DNA of 64,000 bases from Amoebidium appalachense (GCA_963693365.1 CAVNZM010000015.1:1178001-1242000), one strand, 5' to 3'. Positions 30,461 to 58,748 are shown, counted from the first letter of the stretch. Made by a program: numbers and translations. Notes: generated by a model from the sequence alone, not told the origin.

Positions 30461-30826
30461 GGGGGGGGGGGGATGGGAGGGGAAGGGGGATCGGGGAAGG
30501 GGGGGGAGGGGGTCGGGGGGCTGACGTGGGACAGGGATTCGATGATCGTGTTTCATGTGGACGAAGGGTGTCAGGTGGTGGGGAGAGAGAGCGGGGGGGG
30601 GGGGGGGGGGGGGGGGGGGTCACCGTTTCAGTGTGATATCATGGGAGGTGGTGTTGGTGTGAACACTATTTTTTGAACAAAGATCACAGCCGTACAACAA
30701 TTAAATGCTATTTTCACTACAAGAACAAACACCAATCAAGCACTTTTTCTACCCCCCACAGGGCGTGCTTCTGATGATCTTATACAGGAGGTCTTGAAAG
30801 AGTTGGTGCAGAAAGGTGAGCCAACC

Positions 30827-30897
<71 letters not shown>

Positions 30898-31484
30898 GGG
30901 GGGGGGGGGGGGGGGGAGGGGAGGAATGGGACTCTTATCATGCATACTCTGTATGTGTGGTCTTCACTCTGCATTGTGTTGTTGTTATGAATGTTAACTT
31001 CATACTTTATAACATATTCTACCCCCCCCCCCCCCCCCTTCCCCCCCGTTGCTGGGGTGCCTTTTTTTTTCTCCCCCTAACGTACCGTCACAAACATACA
31101 CACAAACACAAGCAAACAAAGATTGGAGAAAGAACCACAGAAAAGAAGAAAAGGAAGCTCAGTCTATTGCATTTGCGGTCTGAAACAGAGCGAAAACGCG
31201 GTGTAAGGGGGCCTGGTTTTGGGAGGGCCGGGCAGATTTGCGTTGCCGTTGGTGTTGGTGGTGTTTTTCTCCCTTTTTCTTTTCTTTTTCTTTTTCTTTT
31301 TCTTGTTCTTTTTCTTTTTTCTTTTTCTTTTTCTTTTTTTTTTTTTTTTTTGGTGGTGGTGTGGTAGGTGGGGGGTTTTGGGGAGAGGGAGGGGGGAGGG
31401 GGGGGGGGGCTGTTTGTGTGTGCATGTGTGTACATGTGGGTGTGTGGGTGTGGTGTCGGTGGTGGTGGTGGTGGGGGGGGGGGT

Positions 31485-31536
<52 letters not shown>

Positions 31537-31943
31537 TCGTGAGTGAATACATGACACCTCCCACCCATAAATAAAGTATACATTCATAAAAAGTGAATGA
31601 AAATAGTTAATTAAAGAGGCCGGGGGTTATTTTTAGCTGTATTGACCACTGAAAAGCCTTGGGGGTTGAACGTAGAATAAACATAAAATAGAAGAAAATT
31701 GTAAATTTTGAAAGAGAATTAACCAAATCTTTTTTCACCGCTGACAAATTTCGGGGGGGATTGGTTTTTAGGCAATGCCGAGCTGATGCCCGATGGGCGC
31801 TATATCGTCTACTGGAGGAGTCTGGATGAGTGGGCAAAGATCATTTACGACTATGTACGTAAATATCTACAACACATGCATACATGCACACGTAGACACA
31901 CACGTACAGTCGTACACACATGCACACACATGCCCCCCCCCCC

Positions 31944-32037
<94 letters not shown>

Positions 32038-32813
32038 GAGTATGAGGTCTACACCTAATAATGCATACTGTCTGTGTGGCCTTATGTGGAAATTCTTCCT
32101 TGTGTTCTTTCGTATATGCGTGCTTCGTTCTTTAGCCTCCCTCCCCCCCCCCCCCCCCCCCCCCCCCCCGCGCGGGGACACCCACACCCACACACACACA
32201 CACACACACACACTACACACATACACACACACACCACACTACCCAAGGAGTGCTTATTTTGCATACTTTGGTTCCGGTACAAGGAAAAAATGCGCACATA
32301 AACAGTGACAGCACACACATGATAAACAACCAGCCATCCCATGCAGTGAATTTAGTGAATTTAAAAACATGAAAAAAAAGAATCAGTGAGTGGAAATTGA
32401 AATCAAAGGAAGGAAACGCTAGAACTAAGGAAACGAAGTTTCAACTCCTACTACCCCTATTGTTGTCCTTCATTTTTTGCTCGCGCTGGGTTTCCCCCTC
32501 GTTTCTCTCTTGCTCTCTTTCTCACATATCTTTCTCTGGCTGTCATTGTGTGTGTGTGTGCGTTTGTGTTGGAGCACATGTGTGTGTTGTTTCGGAACTC
32601 TCCTGTTTGTGATGTGTGTTGAACTTTGGTATGTCATATCAATTTTATAGTTTTAAAAACGTCATTATATTCGGCTAACAATTATAATCTCTTCGCCCGC
32701 AGATTGTAAAACGATCGATGACCGACCAAGTGCTAACCATCTACGAGTTGCATTCTGGAGATGAGACAGAAGGAGAGGGTGAGGACAACCCCCCCCCCCC
32801 CCCCCCCCCGGGC

Positions 32814-32875
<62 letters not shown>

Positions 32876-33204
32876 CCGCGGTGCCCACCCCGTTAATTCT
32901 TTGCTCAAAGATTCATCATGCAGTTGACTCCCAAACGCCTTTAATCTAGTGACCCCAATACGCGCACCCACACACATACATACACACGCATGGATATTGA
33001 TGTTCACAAAGCTACTCACAAACCGCTGCCATTCAATGCACCCACGCAACATCCCCCCCCCCCCCCCCCCCTGATGATGGGCTCTGTCCAAGTGTCTTGT
33101 GCCTGCACACTTAAATTGTTTGATTTTGGATTTCCCACTTTTGTGACGTTTGTTGTTGCTCTTTGTTGTCTCTTCCATATTTCCAACCCTCTGACGCATA
33201 CATC

Positions 33205-33242
<38 letters not shown>

Positions 33243-33902
33243 CCCCTCCGCGGTGCAATGTTGCACTTGTGTACACTAAATAGGCAAACAATCACACCCA
33301 CTCACAAAAACACAAAACAGGCACTGTACGCACAAACACTTCAAATTGTTTGATATTCAGTATGAGCCACATCACACAACATCACCTCCCTACCTCTCCT
33401 GACCCTCGTTCATTGTATTTACGGGGGAGAGAGGAGAGGGGGGGGGGGGGGGGGGGGGGGAGGGGGAGAGGGGGGGGAAGGGGGGATTCCCCTTGCTTCA
33501 CTCTCTCTCGCATGTGCCCTTTTACCATCGGTTCTCTCCCCCTCCTCCTCCCTCCCTCCCCCTTCCACCTTATCCTCTCCTCCCGCCCTCCCCCCCCCCC
33601 CCTCCCCCCCCCCCCCCCCCTGTTCTCCTTCCCTCCACCCTCCCCCTCCCCCTCCCCTCGGTCCCACACACCTGAACACACACGTTCGCCCTCCCCCGCC
33701 ACCCCCCCTCTCGTCTAATAATAGTTCCTTTTTGCGAACATACTAACATTCCCACCTCCTCTTGCGAATTTACGCAGAATTCCATGGTATGGATCTTACG
33801 ACGTTTCGTAACGCGATTGAGAGGTTGGAGTACCAAGGAAAGGCAACTGTTTTCCAGGGGAATGAGACGGATGGCGACGGTGTGAAGTTTTTCGGTGCGT
33901 AG
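28538..33902 (+). CDS. VPS25: ESCRT-II subunit VPS25, 183 aa; exons 28538-28605, 30112-30257, 30762-30815, 31772-31854, 32703-32778, 33778-33902
   Basis: In-frame join (552 nt): [77 protein letters not shown] branch point at 33741. Confidence 0.96.
29803..29880 (+). mobile_element. 5'-truncated young module A copy in VPS25 intron 1 (degenerate copies at ~30922-31022 and ~32040-32140)
   Basis: TGTATGGCTTGCATTCTGCATCGTGTTATCCGTTTGTTCTTGTGTACTTCGTACTTTTTGACGCATTCAAACCCC, near-identical to 40351-40425 and to the minus-strand copies. Confidence 0.85.
33070..33210 (+). mobile_element. Module B of the repeat family (others at ~45990-46125 +, ~57168-57330 -; partial at ~465-510 +, ~30035-30075 +, ~41660-41810 +, ~53780-53830 -)
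   Basis: TGATGATGGGC(T/C)CTGT.CAAGTGTC...CTTAAATTGTTTGATTT...CCATATTTCCAACCCT...CATAC then a C-run, shared with 45995-46120. Confidence 0.8.
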
Positions 33903-34298
33903 AATTAAGGTTTTTTTGATCCATAATTTTCCAAACTTCACGTACTCTAAAATGACCGGGCGGGGGGGGGGGGGGGGGGGTTAGTAGTAGTTACAAATGG
34001 CATGCAATGCGACTGTTATGTCATGATGTTGCTTGTATATAATCAGATACCAAGAATAGTTGTAGTAGTTATCCGACTCTTTTAATATTTCAAGCAGGGC
34101 AGATATACGTTTTCTGCCGTCAGCGATCGAAATTGAGTATGGTCGTATACCAACTAGGAGGTTAGAACCAACCAAATTATTGCGTCAATGTGCTGTGCTA
34201 TTATAGACCCACATCCTGTGGAAAAAAAAAAAATTAGAAGAAGAAGAAGGGGAGAAGGGAAACTGAGAATTGATGGATGTGACTGGATGGCATGTGTT

Positions 34299-34393
<95 letters not shown>

Positions 34394-34725
34394 GGGGGGG
34401 GGTTCTATGAGAGCGCATGTGGCTATGAGAGTACAGTACAGGTGTTCCATACGTGTACCGAATCACGTGCATTTTGATAGGAAACCACACAAATTTGAAG
34501 GATGTGAGTTGTATGTATGCATGGTATCATTCGTTGCCATGGAAGACACAAAACCCTACTTGGTCATGGAATAAAATTACGTTGTCGTTCTGTATGAAAC
34601 CTATTTTTTTTATAATGACTTTATTGATGTGCTCATAAAAAGAGAAGCATGCGTGAAACCTATCCTGCACGAGACTTCCTGCAGCTGCACGTAAAGCTTA
34701 CAGGGAATAATAGAGCTAAAATGGC

Positions 34726-34795
<70 letters not shown>

Positions 34796-34909
34796 CACGT
34801 TTGTGCACATACACGTGTACACACGTGTTCCTGGCTGGGTGCACCGTGCATGCACGTGTTTGTTTGTGCACTGAGAAAGAAAGCACTGGCAAACCTGTCA
34901 AAAAAGGGA

Positions 34910-35082
34910 CCCAATCAGAAACGCGCAGAATCCGCCATTCCTATTGGCCGAAGACCAAAGTGGCTCATTGAAGCGCATTGTGATTGGTTGCTTTTTTGGA
35001 CTGTGCACTGATTGGTCGAGATTCGCTCCAGAAAGCAACTTTCCGCAAAACGTCGCCTATCTGTCATCACTCACTGCGTCAC
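34910..35082 (+). promoter_or_regulatory. Cluster of CCAAT boxes plus TGCGTCA, probable promoter of the FBXL gene
   Basis: CCAATCAG at 34911, ATTGG at ~34943, 34984 and 35011, TGCGTCA at ~35075, upstream of putative non-coding exons. Confidence 0.55.
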
Positions 35083-35531
35083 CTAGGACTTGTCAAAACA
35101 ACACTTAACCATAGTGCTCATGAAAGAGTGTGTGTGAGAGAAAAGGGAGAGAGAAAGAGAGAGAGGGGAGAGAGAGAGAGAGAGAGAGAGGTGAGCGAGA
35201 GGGAGATAGGTGTAAGTATAGGTGTAAGTTGTGTAAGTAACCTGAGCGTGGTGTGGGCGGTGCATGCGATGACAGGTCGACAGGCACCATAACGCTCACA
35301 TCACTCAAGCTCCTAAGTACCAGTGTGTTAGGCGAAGAGAGAGGGGATCCTTCTAGTTGCGTGGTCTATACTTGGGGTTCTTTTGAGTACCCGCCCCATG
35401 TTTTATCAACTGAAACAGTGACTTTCAGATTAAGGTTTTGATCTGAGCCGTTACTCGCATGTGGAGCCACGGTTGTTTTGCTTTAGTAAACAAATGATCA
35501 CCGTTTGTACCACTTCCTACTCCCCCACCAG

Positions 35532-35613
35532 GCCTGTTTCCCGCAGTTATTGTTTCTGTCCGACGGATCTGTCCTTTGGGCGACACCGAACCCTTTAAGA
35601 AACCAAAAAACAG
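35532..35613 (+). other. Putative non-coding 5' exon of the FBXL gene
   Basis: Flanked by CCCCACCAG| and CAG|GTGAGC. A matching acceptor CTTTCGCAG (36268) precedes the ATG at 36321. Confidence 0.45.
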
Positions 35614-35662
35614 GTGAGCTTACGGTTTATCTATGTGGGACGGGATGAGGGGTACACGGGGG

Positions 35663-35698
<36 letters not shown>

Positions 35699-36320
35699 GG
35701 AAAGAGGGGCAGGCTGGTTGGAGTGCTTTCAATGCACAAGAACTTGTAGGTACGTGAGCTTTGAGTCGCTAATATAAAGTCTGAACAAGGGCGGTGTATT
35801 TGGACCGATGTTTTCAAAGCCTTGTGGGTATGTCGTAAGTTTACGGACAGTTTGGCTCTGTGGAGATGTGCTCTCGCACTGCTGTGCCACGCATGGTCAC
35901 GCACATCTTCCGCACACAGTCACACGGAAACAGACTGATAATGCGTTTTACAATTTTATATGGATTTCCAATGTAATATGTACATCGTCAGAAAACAATT
36001 CCCATGCTGGATCCCCAACTCAGAGATCCCATTCACACAAGCCCGCACATGGATGCACATTAACACGCCCACACACACCCTCCCTCTTGCCCCTCGCCCC
36101 CTCCCCCCACCCCCCCCCCCCCCCCTTCCCCTCCCCCCTCGTCTCTTCCCCCCTCCCCCCTCCCCCCCTTTCCCCCTGAGGCTCCCCATTCTCCCTCCCC
36201 GTGTTTCTCACCCGCATGACGCACACACATATTCACTTATTCTCACCTCACACGCACTGCTTTCGCAGGCAGCCACACACACACACACACACACACACGT
36301 ACACAGACACACACGGCAAG

Positions 36321-50999
<14,679 letters not shown>

Positions 51000-51031
51000 G
51001 CAGCAGCTGTGGAAGCCGCCATGTCAATAAT

Positions 51032-51068
<37 letters not shown>

Positions 51069-51970
51069 CGCAAGTGCTGTTCTTTCCACGTTTTTCCAAA
51101 CGCTACGTAGCTCCTCAGACAAAAAAGGTCTATCGAGTGTAGACGGTAGGTACTGCGGGTGCTGTGCCTTTATTATTCCTACAGACTGGATTAATGACGT
51201 CACCTGTACGTCGATTGATTCAATATTACTGCCCATTTTTTCTGCAGTGGTATGTCCTTATATGGGCGTCCTTATCCCGATTAAAGAACGGGCAATTTTA
51301 CTATATCCTTCATTCTAAATTTTGCTGCCGGGATAGGCTATCACGAAATTATGCATATCCATGTATTTCGATATATATGTTGACCATCTGAGCTCTTTCA
51401 TATCTCGTGCATATGTTTGCCTTGCTAAAGTGTATCTCGTGCATATATCCACCTTGCTAATGTATATCTCATGTTCCCCGTGGCTGTGTGGTGCCCACAC
51501 AGTTATCTCCCAACAACATATCAATAAACAAGCCAAAAGAACGAAATCAATTTGAAAGCATTCGAAAGCAGCCCCCCCCCCCCCCCCCCCCCCCCTCTCC
51601 CCCCGACACACACTCACACACAGGCATACACATGTATGGGGAATGTTCACCGTTAACAAAAGGGGGGGGGGGGGGGGGGGTGAGGGGGTGGGGGGGGGTT
51701 AGACGGAAATGGAGACGGAAAAAACAATACATGATAGAAGAAAAAAATATAAGCAACGTAACACCTGCCTAACTACTTGGTTAGGCGCCTCGGTGTGTTT
51801 GTACATGTCTTTTTGGATAGCATTCCTTGCTGTGGATCTGTTATTCATTCCCGTAGTTTTGTATAACTGAAACATCGCTCTGGGCCATTTAATTTTTATG
51901 TACTAGTGGTGGATCACATACTGGTGTTGCTCAAAAATAAAGTAAGATTAAAAAATAAAATATCATTCTA

Positions 51971-52327
51971 CTATTTTGACGCCGGGGGTTTCCCAGGGTT
52001 TGCCAAAACATATCTTTGGGCGATTCTCCGCTGGGGGATAGACCCGTCCATATCCTCGTCATCTTGAAATTCAACGAGATAATCGTTTCGTCTCTGTGAG
52101 ATATATCAGTGCCGTGTGAGATTTACAAAGTATATTTCGCCATGGGGTTTGTAGTTTTTAGAGTCATTTTACCGGTTTCATCACCAAAATTGGTCCATGC
52201 CTCCTTTCTTTCTTGCTTCCTTTCATATCTTACTTCCTTTTTCTTCTTCTTTCTTCTATCTTCCTTTCTCTTTCTTTTTTTTTCTTTTCTTTTTTTTTTT
52301 TTTTTTTTTGGGGGGGGGGGAGGGGGA

Positions 52328-52369
<42 letters not shown>

Positions 52370-53741
52370 GACAGCCTGGACGAATTAGAAAAACGAAAGG
52401 AAAGTGGATTATAAGAGAAGGCCAAAAAACACACACACAAAAAAATGAATCAGCAGTTATGTATGAACACGAGGGAAGAACAAAGGTAAAGCTGGAACGA
52501 ATGCTCAAAAACAGCCTATAAATTCCACAATATCGGACACACAAAGGGAGCCCTAAAACCCTGTACATGCACATGTGCAGGCACGGAGCATTTTGAAGAG
52601 ACTTTGATGTGATACTACAATCGGTGTTTTTCACGTTTAAAAAAAGAAAAAGGAAAAGGAAAAAGAAAGAAAGAAAAAAGAAAAAGAAAAAAAAAGGGAA
52701 GGAGGAACAAGCATGTTATGTATGCTCCTTCATTCTCAAGGGGGAGGGGGGGGGGGGGGGGGGATTATGAATATATGAAAGGAACGCCTAGGGTCAATGC
52801 ACACACACCCTTGTGCCTACCACAACGTTGTGGCACACAACAGGAACATATGTATACGAGAGTCGGGGAGATGCGCGTGCATTCGTCCGTGTGTGCGGGC
52901 ATGTGTTCCAAGGGCCCCGGGGGAGGGAGGGAGGGAGGGAGGGAGGGAGGGAGGGGGGGAGGGAGGGAGGGGGGGGGGGGGGGGGGGGGGGTTTGAATGC
53001 GTCAAAAAGTACGAAGTACACAAGAACAAACGGATAACACGATGCAGAATGCAAGCCATACATAAAGAGTATGCATAATAAGCAGAGCCCATCCTCAGGG
53101 GGGGGCCACGTCATGCACAGTACCCGAGTTTGGGGGGGGGGGGGGGGGGGGGGGGACTGCCCAAAAGATTGTAAAGATTGTAACTAGTTTGTGCATGGAC
53201 ATAAACGGACCTAACATACATTCCATTCTATTGCAGTGTATGCAAATGCGAAATGCGAACGAGCCAAAGAAAATACAGCAGTACACCGCCCATCGGGATA
53301 GCTTCACGCCTACCTTATTTGGTGAAGAGACGATGGTACCGGGATAGAAACATGTAGTTTGAGGATATAATGCAAGGATATATGTGCCTGCCGGGTGGTA
53401 AAGGCTGGGGGTGTAGTCGGGTGGGGGCTCCCATAGTGGTAGCGGGATAACCGCCTTGCGTGGAAGCATGTAGTGCCTGGATATACCATATGTGAGATAT
53501 ACATACCGAAGTGGGTTAAGTTGGGATGGTGACAATAAATATATATAATGGATATGCGGATTGTGTACAATGAGACCGTGAGGAGGAGGAGGAGGAGGGG
53601 GGGGGGGGGGGGGGGGGGGGAGGGGGGGACGGGAGCATAACAGAACACACCAAAGACGACAAATGCAGAAAACAAAACCTAAAAAGGTGGTGGTGGTAGT
53701 GGTGTGTGTGAGTGTGTGAGTGAGTGAGTGAGTGTGTGTGT

Positions 53742-53772
<31 letters not shown>

Positions 53773-53880
53773 GGGGGGGGGGTATGCATCAGAGGGCTAC
53801 AATTATGGAAATGGGGACATCTTAAGAAAAACCACACGTCTCAAAAACCCCAAAACCGGACACAGACGAGAAGAAAAAAA

Positions 53881-53913
<33 letters not shown>

Positions 53914-54108
53914 GAGAGAGAGAGAGAGAGGGGGGGGGGGGGGGGGGGGAAATACTTATTTTGCGGCGGGGGAGCATTATCCTCTCCAAAGGCCTCTTCC
54001 TCCATAATATCTTCTACCTCGTATTTGTTTTTGTCTGCATTGAAGCTTATGACTGTTGCGAGGATCCACACTTCCTCCGGGTCACGCGGTTTGGATGTGC
54101 GGGCTGCT

Positions 54109-54188
<80 letters not shown>

Positions 54189-54293
54189 TGTGTGTGGTTA
54201 TCATGCGAGCGTGTAGGTCAAGTAAAATATAAAAATATGAGAACTCCAGGATCCTCAATCGATACCCCACCTCGTTTCCCTTCCATTTCCCAC

Positions 54294-54346
<53 letters not shown>

Positions 54347-54641
54347 ACACGTAGACCACACCACCACCACCTACATACATACACACATCTACGCCCCGTT
54401 TGTGCAAAAGAGTGCTGCTACCTGGCACTCTTCATATCTCAAGTGCTACATGAGATACGACATGCGAGATATATGAAAGCGGAAGAATAAAGCATGTGGG
54501 TGCAATACGTGCCCGGTGGAAAGCGAGTTCGGTAGGCAATGCGAGTATAGATTGGCCTGTACATATCTGCTTTCATCGCCTACATGTTCATAGACCAAAT
54601 GGAAGTGTATGTGCATGTGTGTCTGTGTGTGCATCATGTGG

Positions 54642-54711
<70 letters not shown>

Positions 54712-54812
54712 GTCCGACCTGATGTCCAGAAGGCACAATGTAATTTGCATCAGCCGGCAAAGACCCACACAGAATGGGGGGTTTTCTGAGGGAAGACATG
54801 TCGGTTATGCGC

Positions 54813-54861
<49 letters not shown>

Positions 54862-55264
54862 TGTATGTGTGTGTGTTTTGTGTACGCATGTGGAAGAGAG
54901 AGTGTGAGCATGAGCGTGTGTGCGTACGGGTGTGTGCGTGTGGGCATGTGTGTATGTGTGTGTTTGTGTGCACGCCCGTGCGTGCAGGTGCACATGTTTG
55001 TGTATATATATATGTGTCTGTGCATGTTGACATGCGACCGGGTGTGTGCGTGTGTGCGTCCGCATGTATTCGTGAGCCCGCGCGTACATGTGTGTGGGTG
55101 TTGGGGAGGGGCAGTAGGAGAAGAACCTGAGTGGTAAGGAGTATGAGAGTGAGCTTTCGGCACTTTCGAATTACAGGATAAAGTACACCTATACAACACA
55201 TAACTCATAATTAATTCTCAAAAAAAAAAAGGCAACACACACGAGTATCTAACGTAAGTTGCAC

Positions 55265-55295
<31 letters not shown>

Positions 55296-55380
55296 GGGGA
55301 GTCGGGAGAGGGGGGGAGAGGGGGAGAGGGGAGGAGGGTGTGTATGCGGGGGTGGGTGGCTGGGAGGAGGAAGGGGGGGT

Positions 55381-55419
<39 letters not shown>

Positions 55420-56246
55420 GTTACCCTTTTCCCTTCCACCTAGGCAGGTTCATATCGAGGGAGTTGAGGATGGATGATCTGTGTTTCTTGGCTGGCGGCT
55501 CAGATATGTCGTTCTGGTGGTCCGTGACTGGTAGGGCTACTGCAAGAGAGGGGCGACATGAGAAAACAGCCTTTTTCATTTATTTCTTTTCTTTCTTTCT
55601 GTCTCTCTCTCTGTTTTTTTAATGAATAAACAAACATATAAGATAAATACGACAAAGCACAGGCAATAGCTCGAAGTAACACACAAAAAGCACGTTCGGA
55701 GAATATATTGGGTGAAATAAGGGCAAAAGGTGGAGAGAGGGGGGGGGGGCTGGGGGGGTAGAAGTAGGGGCCGGGGGCAGGCGAGGAAAGGGGCTTCTTG
55801 TTACATACCCGGTTCTGCGGCTTGCCTTTTTTGGTCAATCAGCCGACTGAGTGTTTGGTTTGTGGATGTACACACACTGCAACACATCACCCCCCCCGGT
55901 TACTATTTGGCATGCAACAAACCAAAAAAAAAGCCCCCCCCCCCCCCTCCCCCCCGCCTCCCCCCTCCCCCTCGCCCCTGCTTCCCTATCTCCGCATGCT
56001 CCTCCCCCTCCCCCCCCCCCCCTCCCTCCCCTCCTCCCGGCTCCCCTGCCCTTCCCCTCACAACGCCTTCCGTTTTCTTTCTTCCTTCCCCATCCCCTTT
56101 CCCTCCTCCACATACATGCATCTCCCCCCCCCCCTCCCCCCTCCCCGCGCAGAGATATCCCTGCACCTACCTGAGTTCCTTTTCCGAGCTGCTTATAGCC
56201 TCCTTGTACAATTTTTGCAGTTTCTGATAGAGTTTATCTGGTGCCC
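51971..56246 (-). CDS. SGF29: SAGA-associated factor 29 (tandem Tudor H3K4me reader); exons 56246-56171, 55876-55809, 55539-55425, 54785-54719, 54110-53956, 53476-53314, 52093-51971; N-terminal exons upstream are unresolved (candidates ~58510-58454, ~59313-59304, ~59524-59466)
   Basis: Phases are consistent: KLQKLYKEA, LPRWKGKGKPPILCGSLPAD, GHQVAAR, WILATVISFN..KYEVEDI, VIPLPLW, ILALYPQTTCFYPG, DYLVEFQDD, IAQRYVL, TAG stop. Confidence 0.92.
52990..53132 (-). mobile_element. Young 5'-truncated module A copy in the last SGF29 intron
   Basis: Reverse complement AAACTCGGGTACTGTGCATGACGTGGCCCCCCCCTGAGGATGGG...GACGCATTCAAACCCC, with C-runs on both sides. Confidence 0.9.
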
Positions 56247-56325
56247 CTGTCATGATCATAAACACAGTAAGATATTTTCTCAATGGCAGGGAGAAAATTT
56301 GTGGCCGAGAAACGGGAAAAAACAA

Positions 56326-56367
<42 letters not shown>

Positions 56368-56532
56368 GAGAAAGGCTGAATTAATTTGCATTGGGCCAGT
56401 GAAACTGGGGACAGGTGTGTCGTTGTGTTGGTGGAAGTGTGGTGGGTTGCACACTTTATTTTTTTTTTGTGTTCTCCACTTCAGGGTTTTGGGTTTTTCT
56501 TTAATTTGCTGATATGATTCTATGAAGGTTGT

Positions 56533-56565
<33 letters not shown>

Positions 56566-57068
56566 TAGGGAGGTCCTCCCCCTGAGTGAGGGGGACTGGG
56601 GGGGGGGGGGGGGAGGGGGGGGGGGCTTTGGGGGGATGGGGGGGGGGGGGGGGGGGAGGGGGGGGGGGGGAGGATGGGAAGGGGGGTATGTGGGAAAGAT
56701 GTCGAGATATGTGGGGTGTGGAAACACACTAACATAAAATTGCGGGGGAGGAGGGGAGAGGGGGAGGGAGAGGGGAGAGGGGAGAGGGGGGGGGGGAGAG
56801 GGGGGGGGAAGGGGGGGGGGGGGGGGGGGGGGAGGGAGGGGGGAAGCGAGAGAGAGAGAGGGAGAGAGTATCTAGATACCAACCGACCGGCAGGCCAAAG
56901 GGGGGGGGGCGGGGAGGGGGGAAGGGGGGGGGGGGGAGGGGGGAAGGGGGGAGGGGGGGGGGGGGATTAGAAAGTGTTGCATGGTACGAAGTGGACATTC
57001 ACAACGGGCAACACAAATGCAGAGTGCAAACTACAAACAAGAGTATGCACATTAAGCAGAACCCATTC

Positions 57069-57105
<37 letters not shown>

Positions 57106-57167
57106 ATGTCATCCACAGGGGAGGGAGGGGCGCGCGGAGGAAGGGGGGAGGGGGGGGGGGGGGGGGG

Positions 57168-57710
57168 ATGGATGTATGCATTGAAGGGTTGGAGATATAG
57201 AGGAGAGGCCAAAGGACAAAAATACAAAACGGCACAAAAATAAAAAACACGAAATCAAACCATATATAATGGAACAACAAAAATATAAACGTGCAGGCAG
57301 ATAACACTCAAACAGAGCCCACCAGCAAGGGGGGGGGGGGGGGGGGGGAGGGGGTTTTGAATGCGTCAAAAAGTACGAAGTACACAAGAACAAACGGATA
57401 ACACGATGCAGAATGCAAGCCATGCATAAAGAGTATGCATAATAAGCAGAGCCCATCCTCAGGGGGGGCCCACGTCATCCACAGTACCCGAGTTTCGACC
57501 TATTCCCCTCGTTAACGAAACCCAACTCAGATACTGTTTCACTTGAACATGAGTAGGTCACCCGTCTTGATCAGAGACGAGCAGGGTTGCTTATGCAGGC
57601 AAGGGCAGTGGGAAAGGCCGGGGGTTAAAGTTGCAGCAGTAAGCAGAAGCAAGAAAAATATAGATAGGAACTCAGGAGACGGGGCTTCTAGGAAGCTCCC
57701 CCGTCGATAC
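57168..57710 (-). mobile_element. Longest copy of the repeat family: module C, module A, C-run, module B, C-run; may extend 5' to ~58060
   Basis: Contains in order all blocks seen separately at 2428-2743, 40168-40425 and 33070-33210. No convincing ORF. Confidence 0.85.
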
Positions 57711-58180
57711 CTAAGTCGATACTTCCCTTGCTAACATACTACACCAGCTGAAAAGAACTAAGTCCCGAAGGCCGCAGAATTCGTAATCAGAGGGGAAAAT
57801 ATGAGATTTGACCCACGCCGCAGGGTAGTAACACGCTTACTAGGGCGGAACTTTATCGTCTTCGAACGGAAAGCTATGCCCCCGGATGTCAGCCGGAAAT
57901 ATGGTATCACCCATTGCTTTGGGCTTGAAAAAAGCCAAACCGATAGTCCGAGTTATGTTACGCCGGCGGGTAACATGCCGCATGGGTTCCAAGGGAGCTG
58001 TCGCCAACAGAGCGGTGTGTGCATGCGTGCGCGTAACGCAATGTGTGAAGTGGGGGGAGGGGGGGGGGATCGTCTACCTCCGGCCCTATTTTCCTCCTGT
58101 ATTCGTGCGTGTAGTGCCGATATGCTCACCAGCACACTGCCCGTCTCTTTGCTCAGTCGGTCTACTTGTTGCAGCCCAGA

Positions 58181-58372
58181 GTGCACCTCCCCATATAGCT
58201 CACGCTCCATTTCTGATGTGTAACAGTCAGTTGAAGGGGGTTTTCTTATATCTAGTTTGTATTCTTTTTTACGCAGCATTGATGTATTCATATATCTCCC
58301 TCTTGTGCACCTCCTCATATAGTTCACACTCCACTTCTGATGTAGAACAGTCAGTATAAAGTTCTTATCTTA
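58181..58372. repeat. ~125-bp-period diverged direct duplication
   Basis: GTGCACCTCC.CATATAG.TCAC.CTCCA.TTCTGATGT..AACAGTCAGT at 58181 and ~58305. Confidence 0.8.
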
Positions 58373-58748
58373 TTCAAGATTATATCTTAATTGCTTTCTA
58401 GTGTTTATGTGTCTCTCTCTTTCTGTCCTTCCCCTTTCTCAAAGGGTATCGACCCCTCTTCTTTTCGTTTCTACAGGGTTGAATATTCTCGAGTTCGGGG
58501 CAAGCTCTCCCTGTACGTGATACATTTAAATATCAGACGACTTCAGGTTAGATAATAAAAAGGTAAAACACTGCCACTTACAGCTATGGTGTATTTTTCG
58601 TGAGTCGATTTACACCCTTTTATTCCAACCGCACATGACAAACAGAAGGAAAGAGAGAATAGATAAATGCACGGGAGATCCGAGACAAAGGAAAAAAAGA
58701 GAGAAAAGTCACTGGTGTCTGTACGTATTGCACATGTGTGTCTCTCTC

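Noticed and set aside
33070-33205. Box C/D or H/ACA snoRNA reading of module B (TGATGA...CTGA; terminal ACA)
   Set aside because: The D-box CTGA is not kept in other copies, and I see no terminal stem or two-hairpin fold. An Infernal search would settle it.
57570-57950. Group I intron R/S-like words (TCAGAGACGA, GATAGTCC) on the plus strand
   Set aside because: The P7 pairing is mismatched, no P/Q elements are evident, and the region is explained by the repeat.
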